Shown: one piece after another, positions 24,974 to 32,433 of the stretch
Numbering within the stretch: position 1 is the first letter of the stretch
Layout: each line of letters starts with the position of its first letter
The notes under the pieces: generated by a model
The model's database searches: none
Told to the model about the DNA's origin: nothing
Seen by the model: only the letters and a program-made list of their open reading frames with translations
Source of the DNA: a virus
Virus record (IMG/VR): IMGVR_UViG_3300045988_021627
Location: 1-33,792 of that record
Direction: 5' to 3' (one strand)
DNA length: 33,792 nucleotides
Translations under genes and position numbers: made by a program

Positions 24974-25534
24974 ATGGCATGTATTGGAAAGATAGCTTCG
25001 GGGTTGGCGATGCCTTGTGGCGCTCCAAGAACCCCCGATTTGGGGGTTATAGCAGGCGCACGGGTAATTAATGCGTCGGACATTGCGAGCTTTACAGTAA
25101 ACCCCAATACCGCAGTAGCGAGCATTACGAGGGTAACCGGAACGGTAGGGTATGACCTTACCACTGCTAATAACTCAATGGTAATAACGGTAGGTCTCAA
25201 ATCGCAGGACATTACGCCTGGGGCTTATGACGTCGCAATAACGTTCAAAACGTTTTCCGGACATGGAGATTTTGCGAGCTCAGGAACACCTCTGGGCGGC
25301 GCAGGCAGACTTGCGAACGCTGAACTCGTATTTGCCGTAAAACATGGCGGTGGGCGTTACAAAATTTACGGATTAGGTGCTCCGTTGGTTTGTACCGAGT
25401 TGTCGGGTGATTCGAGCGCGAGCGACTTGGTAACGTACACCTACGGCGTAGAGGATTGGCAAGTAGGTACGACGGTTCATTACATAGACGAGGCGACTTA
25501 TGCTGCGTTGGTTACCCCAGCCCCAGCACCCTAA
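24974..25534 (+). CDS. Structural paralog 3 of 3 (186 aa)
   Basis: It starts MACIGKIASGLAMPC. Other shared motifs are INASDIASFTV (against INKADIASFSV in paralog 2) and YKIYGLG. Confidence 0.65.
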   Translation: MACIGKIASGLAMPCGAPRTPDLGVIAGARVINASDIASFTVNPNTAVASITRVTGTVGYDLTTANNSMVITVGLKSQDITPGAYDVAITFKTFSGHGDFASSGTPLGGAGRLANAELVFAVKHGGGRYKIYGLGAPLVCTELSGDSSASDLVTYTYGVEDWQVGTTVHYIDEATYAALVTPAPAP

Positions 25535-25550
25535 TTAAATAAAAAAGAAA

Positions 25551-25907
25551 ATGGCAGAAGAAAAAACAAATAATACCGGGCAGGGCGAAAGCACCAGCCC
25601 GGAAGTTACTCAACCAAAGGAAGTAACATTACAGGAAAAATTAGACGCGTATTACGCAATGACGGGTCTAAAACTTGACCCTAATTGCCACATGGATATG
25701 GAATATTTATCTTTGTGGTACGAAACGAAGTATTTAACTAAAGTGGTTTACAGATGGGCGATGAAGCCCGGGGCGCGTATCGTGCATTACGTTGACGGCA
25801 TCGTGTATAAGAGCGCGAACATGACCGACGAAATAGCGGAACGCCTTATGACTGAAAACCCGGCTTATGCGGAATGCTTCGTAGAAATCAATAAAAAGGA
25901 GAAATAA
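25551..25907 (+). CDS. Hypothetical virion-module protein (118 aa)
   Basis: ORF with an A-rich leader. Confidence 0.6.
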   Translation: MAEEKTNNTGQGESTSPEVTQPKEVTLQEKLDAYYAMTGLKLDPNCHMDMEYLSLWYETKYLTKVVYRWAMKPGARIVHYVDGIVYKSANMTDEIAERLMTENPAYAECFVEINKKEK

Positions 25908-25909
25908 AT

Positions 25910-27067
25910 ATGATAGGTTACAGACGTTTCGCGCTTGTTGTCGAAAAGGCGCTTAAGTTGTCCGCTAATACGGGCGATAAGATTATTAACTACGGAGACG
26001 GCAACTTATATCCGCAGGAAATAGCCGAACTTATATACGCTTCAAAGACAGCTACGGCCGCGGTTGAGAAAATGACCGAGAACATTATTTGCGAGGGATT
26101 CAAAAACGAAGACTTCGCAGCAATGACAAACGGTAACGGCTGTAACATGGACGATGTTTTAGAAGCTACGGCGAACGATGTCGCACGTTTTAGGGGCTGG
26201 GCCTGGATAGTCCAATACGGTTTGACACCCGAAGGCTACAAGCCCCGAAACGTGTACAACGTTCCGTTTGAGTATGTCCGTGCCGAGATGAACGACAACT
26301 ATTTGAAAGACCCTACCATAAAGAGATGGCGTGTTTTCAATAATTGGGACAGGCAGAACGTAAAAGCAACGAGCAGCGCACAGAACTCCACAGTATACCC
26401 GACCTTTGACCCGGAAAACTTCGCATCAGAGGTTGAGGAGTGCGGCGGTATTGAAAACCATAAGGGGCAGCTACTATATGTGAACCTTGGAACAACGCGC
26501 CCGTATCCCCTTAGTACGTTCCATTCGGTACGTAACGAGATGGGAGCGGAGGACAAGAACGGCAAATACGTTAACCGTACTTTGGGCAGGGGTTTCCACA
26601 TGTGTAGCATCGTGTCGCACGGTGATTTTGAGACAGAGCAAGCACAGCAGGAGTTCCGCGATACGCTGGCAGATATGATGGGTAGCGAGAACGCAGGTTC
26701 AGTTCTTACTGTAAGAGACGAGAACGTAGCCACGGACAAACCGTTTATCAAAGTAGACCAGTTGGGAAGCCCGATAGATAGGGAGCTTTACAAGGCTTAT
26801 GTAGAACCCCTTAGAAAGGATATCGCTATATCGGCTTATAACATACCGTTACCCCTTATTGACAGTTCGCTGATGACCTACTCAAACGCTTCGGGCGAGG
26901 TTATAAAAGAGCTGCAAAAGGTCTATCGCAATAGCTTGCAGAAGATACGTCAGCGCATTTCGCGCGAGTTGTACCAGGTTTTCGGGGTTGACCCGTCAGT
27001 TACAGAAATTAATAATAAATTTGAAGAAGATGGCATATCCGATAGCGCTGTTCCGTCAGTTGTTTGA
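25910..27067 (+). CDS. Putative portal protein
   Basis: 385 aa. The segment MMGSENAGSVLTV...KVDQLGSP resembles the G-x-EN-x-G-K region conserved in HK97/PBSX-type portals. No other ORF fits a portal. Confidence 0.5.
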   Translation: MIGYRRFALVVEKALKLSANTGDKIINYGDGNLYPQEIAELIYASKTATAAVEKMTENIICEGFKNEDFAAMTNGNGCNMDDVLEATANDVARFRGWAWIVQYGLTPEGYKPRNVYNVPFEYVRAEMNDNYLKDPTIKRWRVFNNWDRQNVKATSSAQNSTVYPTFDPENFASEVEECGGIENHKGQLLYVNLGTTRPYPLSTFHSVRNEMGAEDKNGKYVNRTLGRGFHMCSIVSHGDFETEQAQQEFRDTLADMMGSENAGSVLTVRDENVATDKPFIKVDQLGSPIDRELYKAYVEPLRKDIAISAYNIPLPLIDSSLMTYSNASGEVIKELQKVYRNSLQKIRQRISRELYQVFGVDPSVTEINNKFEEDGISDSAVPSVV

Positions 27068-27461
27068 GATAGCAACGGACGTTAAGGACAATAAGATAGA
27101 AAAGGCGTTCTTTGAGGCAGACCTACTCGATATATTGCCCCAAGTTGGCAGCATGTATGAGGCTGTTCCGGGGCAGTATATCCCGGACGGGTCTGACTTC
27201 GCAGGACTTGAAAAGGTTATCTGTTATTACGCGTTCGCGCGGTATTTGCAGATAGCAGACCAAAACAGCACGAGCACGGGTATGAAGATTCAGACCTATG
27301 GTGGCTCGGTAGTCGTTCCCGATACAAGCAAGGTTAAAAGGTTTGAAGCCGAACGGGGCAAAGCAGACCTTTTCATAGAGCCGTTGATTTGCCGAATGGA
27401 GGCAGACGGATTTATAAAGGCATGTACAGTATCGAGCACCCGTATAGGGTTAATTAAGTGA
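27030..27461 (+). CDS. Hypothetical protein (143 aa); possible head-tail connector
   Basis: I use ATG 27030 (MAYPIALFRQ...), which overlaps the portal gene's end by 38 nt. The alternative start at 26988 would overlap by 80 nt. Confidence 0.5.
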   Translation: MAYPIALFRQLFEIATDVKDNKIEKAFFEADLLDILPQVGSMYEAVPGQYIPDGSDFAGLEKVICYYAFARYLQIADQNSTSTGMKIQTYGGSVVVPDTSKVKRFEAERGKADLFIEPLICRMEADGFIKACTVSSTRIGLIK

Positions 27462-27937
27462 TTGAACAACTGGAGGCCTATTTCCGCACGTTTTTTGCTG
27501 TTACCGTTCTGGCAGTAGTTACGGATATACGGGACTTTATATTTTTAGTGGTTATCGTTACCGCGTTGAACTGGTTGGTAGGTTATTTGGCAGACAGGGC
27601 GAAAGGAAAGCCCTACAAGCACAAAAAGGCCATGCAGGCAGTTAAGGAGTTGTTCCTAACCAATGCGATTCTTTTCTTTGTAGCGCTCACTTGCAATATG
27701 CTCGAGCCCGGGATAGATTATCAGCTTTTAGTTAAAGCGCTCACTGGTATATTCCTTATTATATACGCGCGTAACATAACAAGAAACCTACGGGTGGTTC
27801 AGCCGGGAAATGAATTTGTGAAAGTGCTTAACAGCATAGCGAACAGCAAGTATTTCCAACTTAAAAAAAAGATTAAGGATGGCGAATTTGAAACACCCTT
27901 AGAAGAAAAGGAGAAAGAAGATGGCGAACAGCAGTAA
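27458..27937 (+). CDS. Holin-like membrane protein
   Basis: 159 aa with 3-4 hydrophobic helices (FFAVTVLAVV, FIFLVVIVTALNWLVGYL, AILFFVALT, LTGIFLIIYA). GTG start overlapping the previous stop (GTGA). It lies directly upstream of the endolysin gene. Confidence 0.6.
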   Translation: MIEQLEAYFRTFFAVTVLAVVTDIRDFIFLVVIVTALNWLVGYLADRAKGKPYKHKKAMQAVKELFLTNAILFFVALTCNMLEPGIDYQLLVKALTGIFLIIYARNITRNLRVVQPGNEFVKVLNSIANSKYFQLKKKIKDGEFETPLEEKEKEDGEQQ

Positions 27938-28436
27938 GTTAGTACCGTTCATCCTGCAATGGGAGGGCGGTTTCGTTAATGACCCCGACGACCTCGGGGG
28001 CGCAACAAACAAAGGTATAACTATAGGCACATTCACCGAATACAAGAAGCGGAAGGGGCAAAAAGCCCCGACCGTTGAAGACTTGAAAAACATATCGGAT
28101 GCAGACTGGCACGATGTTTTCAAGTCCTTGTATTGGGATAGGTGGAAAGCCGACGAGATTAAAAGCCAGGCAGTAGCCAATATCTTAGTTGACTGGGTGT
28201 GGGCTTCCGGTTCGCACGGTATAAAGCGCCCACAACGTCTTTTGGGCGTCAAGGCGGACGGTATTGTAGGTAAACAGACCATTGCAGCCCTTAACGCTAT
28301 GGACGCGGCTACGCTCTTTAAAATGATTAAAGACGATAGGGCAAAGTTCATTGATGAGATATGCAAGGCGAGACCCAAAAACGAGAAATACCGCAAGGGG
28401 TGGATGAACCGTATTAACGCGATACGCTATGAATAA
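27921..28436 (+). CDS. Endolysin: GH108-type lysozyme with a C-terminal peptidoglycan-binding domain
   Basis: 171 aa. The N-terminal sequence ILQWEGGFVNDPDDLGGATNKGIT is the GH108 signature. The C-terminal ...GWMNRI fits PG_binding_3. Confidence 0.85.
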   Translation: MANSSKLVPFILQWEGGFVNDPDDLGGATNKGITIGTFTEYKKRKGQKAPTVEDLKNISDADWHDVFKSLYWDRWKADEIKSQAVANILVDWVWASGSHGIKRPQRLLGVKADGIVGKQTIAALNAMDAATLFKMIKDDRAKFIDEICKARPKNEKYRKGWMNRINAIRYE

Positions 28437-29007
28437 ACTACAAAAGATAATTATAGGCTTTGCAGTCCTTATGGTGCTATTCGGTGCAATAACCAAGATG
28501 GTAGACACCATAAGGAAGCAAAGAGCCGAAATAGGACGTTTAGAGCGTAACGTTGAGGCGATGAGCGACGTGCAGATAGAGTACAAAACAAAGCTCGGTG
28601 ATGCAGCAGTGAAGCATAAAGCTTTAGAGATGTCGCACAAGGAGTTAAAGAAGACGAACGCGGAACTATATAAAGAGGTGGACGCGCTTAACGTTCGGGT
28701 GAAAGACGCGCTTTCCGCGACACGTACCGTTACCAAGACCGTAATAAAGGAGGTAGTACGTACCGATACGGTAGCCGGGGAGCTTATAGCCGAATACCGG
28801 GACGCATGGAACACGATACAAGCAAGGGTTAAACGGGATAGCACGGAATTAAGCTATCAAGGCAGGGACACGATAACGGGTGTTATCACAGTCCGAAAGA
28901 AAAAGTTTTTGTTTTTCAGATGGGGGGTCAAGGCTATAGAGCACGACGTATCGAATAAAAACCCCAAATCGAAGATAGATATAGACATAGCGGTAAAGCT
29001 AAAATAA
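28429..29007 (+). CDS. Spanin-like or lysis accessory protein (N-terminal membrane anchor plus coiled coil)
   Basis: 192 aa. Transmembrane anchor IIIGFAVLMVLFGAI is followed by a charged coiled coil. It is the last gene before a terminator. Confidence 0.5.
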   Translation: MNKLQKIIIGFAVLMVLFGAITKMVDTIRKQRAEIGRLERNVEAMSDVQIEYKTKLGDAAVKHKALEMSHKELKKTNAELYKEVDALNVRVKDALSATRTVTKTVIKEVVRTDTVAGELIAEYRDAWNTIQARVKRDSTELSYQGRDTITGVITVRKKKFLFFRWGVKAIEHDVSNKNPKSKIDIDIAVKLK

Positions 29008-29014
29008 TTAGGAG

Positions 29015-29046
29015 ATGGAGGGCTGTTAACAGTTCTCCATTTTTCG
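29015..29046 (+). terminator. Rho-independent terminator ending the late/lysis operon
   Basis: Stem ATGGAGGGCTG (29015-29025) with CAGTTCTCCAT (29030-29040), loop TTAA, followed by TTTTT. Confidence 0.8.
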
Positions 29047-29056
29047 TTTACATTCG

Positions 29057-29282
29057 TTAACCACAGCCTGCACAGTAAAAAATCGCTGCTGTGCAGGTCT
29101 CTGTGCAGTCATAACTCCTCTATATCAACTACTTATCTATACTTGCACAGTAAACACAGTAAAAAGGGGTTAAAACATTATTCTGGAGAAAATAGCATTT
29201 ACCACTATAGAACGGGCTGTAAAAACCACTATATCCGAAATGAAAGTTTAGAAATTTAGGCGTGTTTCTGTGCAGTGCAGTC
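29057..29282. repeat. Non-coding element B, homologous to 12250-12464, with five CTGCACAG/CTGTGCAG-type motifs
   Basis: It has the same ordered conserved blocks as element A. Motifs occur at 29068-75, 29089-96, 29101-08, 29144-50 and 29268-75. Confidence 0.85.
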
Positions 29283-29375
29283 TACGCCATTGGGAATCAG
29301 CACTTTAGCCCGCACCGACTGTTTCTTTACATCTTTTCACTTTTGATTAAGGTTTATTAGCACAAAAAGAGATAC

Positions 29376-29402
29376 AACCTATCAGTATTTGCCGTATCTT
29401 TG
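29376..29402 (+). promoter_or_regulatory. Early-class promoter E4, a near-duplicate of E1 that lacks the upstream GTTAAC
   Basis: AACCTA 29376-29381 and TATCTTTG 29395-29402. The 45-nt block ACAACCTATCAGTATTTGCCGTATCTTTGTAATGTCAAAAGGAAA differs from 5228-5272 at only 2-3 positions. Confidence 0.7.
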
Positions 29403-29603
29403 TAATGTCAAAAGGAAACAAGGTTGTTCTTTACCGAAACTAAGAACACGACACCCTTAAAAGGAAAGTTTGAAAAGTGAATGGGATTCAAACACCGGGT
29501 TACCCAACGACAAAGAAAAGAGGTCACCAAGACATTAAACTGGAAATAACCGTGAACAAGTAAGAACGTAGATTTGTTACTAGCGTATAAAACGAAGCGA
29601 AGT

Positions 29604-29786
29604 ATGAAAGCAATTGATTTAATTTTTAGGGAAACGCTGACCGCCGGTCAGTTCGAGATGAAAAGCCACGTATTAGTATTTATAGACGAGGCAGGCAACG
29701 AGTATAGCGATACCTTTTCAGAGGTACGCCATAACGGAAGATTTGAAACATACCAATACAATGGTATGACTTACCCACACATGTAG
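29604..29786 (+). CDS. Hypothetical protein (60 aa)
   Basis: I use ATG 29604 (MKAIDLIFRE...). The track start at 29574 is a TTG. Confidence 0.5.
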   Translation: MKAIDLIFRETLTAGQFEMKSHVLVFIDEAGNEYSDTFSEVRHNGRFETYQYNGMTYPHM

Positions 29787-29816
29787 AACCTTATGGAGGC
29801 TATTTTCTTAAATAAG

Positions 29817-29858
29817 GTTAACAAGTGAACCAACGTATTTGCAAAAGCGTTATATTTG
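29817..29858 (+). promoter_or_regulatory. Early-class promoter E5
   Basis: GTTAAC 29817-29822, AACGTA 29832-29837 and TATATTTG 29851-29858. The ATG lies 27 nt after the box. Confidence 0.7.
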
Positions 29859-29884
29859 CATCAACAATTTAAAAAGATAAAGTT

Positions 29885-30160
29885 ATGAATGGGCAAAAGT
29901 TTATTATCGACGAAGTGAAAAAGCACTTGCAGGCGAGCGCGAGAAAGAACAAATACCAAGTTATCGACGCGGTGCAGGAAATGCCGACATTTGAGGGCTT
30001 TATACTTCCTTACTACGTCTCCACAATGGAGGGAACGAAATACCTCGTGAACGTTGAGGAAATGTATATCTACTGCGACGAGTGGGACGGGTTCTATAAC
30101 GAGACGGTAGCCAAGGTTGCACAAGCCATTTTGGAAGCCGAACAAATCAAAGAAGCATAA
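29885..30160 (+). CDS. Hypothetical protein (91 aa)
   Basis: ORF directly downstream of promoter E5. Confidence 0.65.
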   Translation: MNGQKFIIDEVKKHLQASARKNKYQVIDAVQEMPTFEGFILPYYVSTMEGTKYLVNVEEMYIYCDEWDGFYNETVAKVAQAILEAEQIKEA

Positions 30161-30192
30161 ATTAGTTATTCACCATATAAAAAGAAAAGAAA

Positions 30193-30747
30193 ATGAAGAT
30201 TACACCGTTAACAATCGATTTTGACGTTACAAACGCACAAGAAGTAGAATTTGTAAATGACCTAATGAACCGTCTATTTGGAAGCGCGCCGCTTAAGGCT
30301 ATGCCAGCGACTACAGAGAACCCAGTAAACAGTACAAGCGTACCGACGTTTAGCGAACCGACGCAGACCGCTGCACCCGTTCAGGAAGTGAAGGAAGAGC
30401 CGAAGCAAGAAAATATCACCGAGGCTATCGCAGAAGTGAAAAAAGAAATGAAAAAACCTGAAAAGGTAACGAAGCCAAAGACCGTAAAGGAAGCCCCACA
30501 AGCGACGATTGAACCCGAACCCGTACAAGCTCCCGTCGAAGAGGAGAAAGCCCCGGAGAAAGCCTCAAATGAGCCTCTAACGGCAAAGGACATGCAGGCA
30601 TTCATGATTGATTTAATGAAAACCGGGAAAATCACCCGACCGCAATTAACGGATATCATGCTGGAGTTCGGTGGTGCATCCCTTATGCGTATCAAGCCAG
30701 AGAAGTACGAGCTATTGAAACAACGTATTGAAACCTATAACGATTAA
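30193..30747 (+). CDS. Hypothetical protein (184 aa) with a Pro/Glu/Lys-rich central linker
   Basis: ORF with a low-complexity PEPVQAPVEEEKAPEK region between two small folded-looking ends. It lies upstream of the nuclease gene. Confidence 0.6.
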   Translation: MKITPLTIDFDVTNAQEVEFVNDLMNRLFGSAPLKAMPATTENPVNSTSVPTFSEPTQTAAPVQEVKEEPKQENITEAIAEVKKEMKKPEKVTKPKTVKEAPQATIEPEPVQAPVEEEKAPEKASNEPLTAKDMQAFMIDLMKTGKITRPQLTDIMLEFGGASLMRIKPEKYELLKQRIETYND

Positions 30748-30751
30748 AAAA

Positions 30752-31930
30752 ATGAAAGTACAAATAGACCACACAAGTAGGGCACACGCCCTACTTTCTC
30801 CGAGCAGCTCGCACCGATGGCTTAACTGCACACCGTCTGCACGGTTGGAAGAACCGTACGAGAGCACGAGTAGCGCAGCATCAGAAGAGGGAACGGTAGC
30901 ACATGAGTTGGCAGAGCACGCGATAGAAAAGTATTTAGCCGGGGAATACCTACCGTTATTGGACGAATTGCCCGTACCCGACGAGATACGTAACAACAAA
31001 TACTATAGTTCAGAAATGGAACACTACGTAACCGACTACGTTTGCTACGTGTGTGACATATACGAGTTGGAGGAAGGCGCTAAAATGAGTATAGAGCGAA
31101 AGTTCGACCTAACCACGTACGTTCCCGAGTGTTTCGGTAGCTGTGACTGTGACATAGTAGGCGAGACCGTTCTAAACATCGTCGACTTGAAGTATGGTAA
31201 GGGCGTACAAGTAGACGCTAACGGAAATAGCCAGTTAATGATGTACGCTATCGGCGTTCTTAATTCCTTAGAGCCATGCCACCGCTCGAAGATTGAAAGG
31301 GTACGTATGCACATCGCACAAGTACGGTTAGGCAATTACTCGGTATTCGAGATGTCCGCACGGGACTTGACACACTGGGCGATACACGTACTTCGCCCCA
31401 CTGCTGAAAAGGCATGGGCCGGACAAGGGGAAACCAAAGTAGGCAGCCACTGCAAGTTCTGCAAGTTCAAAGCGCAATGCAGGGCGCAAAAAGATGCTTT
31501 AGTTAACGAGTTCGAGACCCACGGGGACACCAAGGCGTTAACGCTTGACGAGATAGGCGATATACTAAGCAAGTCCGATATGTTCACCGATTGGCTGGCC
31601 TCGGTCAAGACTTTCGCGATGCAAGCCGCCACACGAGGCGAAAAGGTCAAGGGGTGGAAGCTTGTAGAGGGTAGGTCAGCGCGTGTCATAAACGACACGG
31701 AAACAGCCATAGAGCGCCTAAAGGCTATCGGGCTATCTACCGAGGACGTAACTAACAGAAAACTGAAAGGTATCGGAGACCTCGAACGTCTGGTAGGTAA
31801 AAAACCGCTCGCCGCAACGCTTGACGGTCTGATAGTCAAGCCGCAAGGACTACCAACGTTAGTCCCGGAAAGCGATAAGCGCGAGGCGTTAAGCCCAACT
31901 ATAGACGACTTCGAGGAATTAAATTCATAA
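30752..31930 (+). CDS. PD-(D/E)xK nuclease, Cas4-like (DUF2800 type)
   Basis: I use ATG 30752 (MKVQIDH...). N-terminal LSPSSSHRWLNC, catalytic core CDCDIVG...IVDLKYGKG, and C-terminal Cys cluster CKFCKFKAQC. Confidence 0.8.
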   Translation: MKVQIDHTSRAHALLSPSSSHRWLNCTPSARLEEPYESTSSAASEEGTVAHELAEHAIEKYLAGEYLPLLDELPVPDEIRNNKYYSSEMEHYVTDYVCYVCDIYELEEGAKMSIERKFDLTTYVPECFGSCDCDIVGETVLNIVDLKYGKGVQVDANGNSQLMMYAIGVLNSLEPCHRSKIERVRMHIAQVRLGNYSVFEMSARDLTHWAIHVLRPTAEKAWAGQGETKVGSHCKFCKFKAQCRAQKDALVNEFETHGDTKALTLDEIGDILSKSDMFTDWLASVKTFAMQAATRGEKVKGWKLVEGRSARVINDTETAIERLKAIGLSTEDVTNRKLKGIGDLERLVGKKPLAATLDGLIVKPQGLPTLVPESDKREALSPTIDDFEELNS

Positions 31931-31935
31931 AAGAA

Positions 31936-31977
31936 GTTAACGAAAGAACCAACCTATCAGATAAAGCGTTATATTTG
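31936..31977 (+). promoter_or_regulatory. Early-class promoter E6
   Basis: GTTAAC 31936-31941, AACCTA 31951-31956 and TATATTTG 31970-31977. The ATG lies 27 nt after the box. Confidence 0.7.
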
Positions 31978-32003
31978 CATTATCAATTTAAAAACAAAAC
32001 GAT

Positions 32004-32333
32004 ATGAAAAGTAACAACGGTATTTTAACGGAGAAAGAGATTCAAGCAAGAACAAAGTTTTGGAACAAAAAGCAATTCCGCACCTGGGGTAAAAAAGAAC
32101 TTGAAAGAACCTCTAAAGACATGCAAAATCTTTTGGTAGCTATAAAGGAGTTCAGCCTGGACGAGATTGAGGCTATTAGAAAGTTAGAAGAGTATGGCTA
32201 TAAAGCATACGTGTATGGCCTTAGGGCATACGAAAAGAAGAGCCCAGAGTATATCATATGTATGGCGGACCAAAGAGACTTAGATTATGCTATTTCGATA
32301 GCACCGAAAACTTTTAAAGTTAAACAAGGTTAA
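32004..32333 (+). CDS. Hypothetical protein (109 aa)
   Basis: ORF directly downstream of promoter E6 and the leader TTTAAAAACAAAACGATATG. Confidence 0.65.
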   Translation: MKSNNGILTEKEIQARTKFWNKKQFRTWGKKELERTSKDMQNLLVAIKEFSLDEIEAIRKLEEYGYKAYVYGLRAYEKKSPEYIICMADQRDLDYAISIAPKTFKVKQG

Positions 32334-32370
32334 CAGAGTAAACAACCTATTGAATTATTTGTTATCTTTG
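32329..32370 (+). promoter_or_regulatory. Early-class promoter E7
   Basis: GTTAAC 32329-32334 (overlapping the upstream stop codon), AACCTA 32344-32349 and TATCTTTG 32363-32370. Confidence 0.65.
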
Positions 32371-32433
32371 CAACATCAAATTAAAAACGGAACGCCCAAA
32401 CCGATTAGAGGGCAAAAACAAAACAAGTTTATT

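Noticed and set aside
26988-27067. A possible programmed frameshift joining the portal ORF to the overlapping 26988..27461 ORF
   Set aside because: I could find no slippery heptamer or downstream structure in the 80-nt overlap. An ordinary internal ATG at 27030 explains the second gene.
28185-28844. A 219-aa minus-strand ORF antisense to the endolysin and spanin-like genes
   Set aside because: It overlaps the GH108 endolysin, which has an unmistakable motif on the plus strand. I treat it as a shadow ORF.
32350-32433. The upstream extension of the ssDNA-binding protein ORF (non-ATG start at 32350). The same applies to the extended starts at 29574, 21809, 14703, 30728 and 668.
   Set aside because: The extensions run through promoter or leader sequence or overlap the preceding gene. 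In each case an in-frame ATG with the usual A-rich leader lies downstream.
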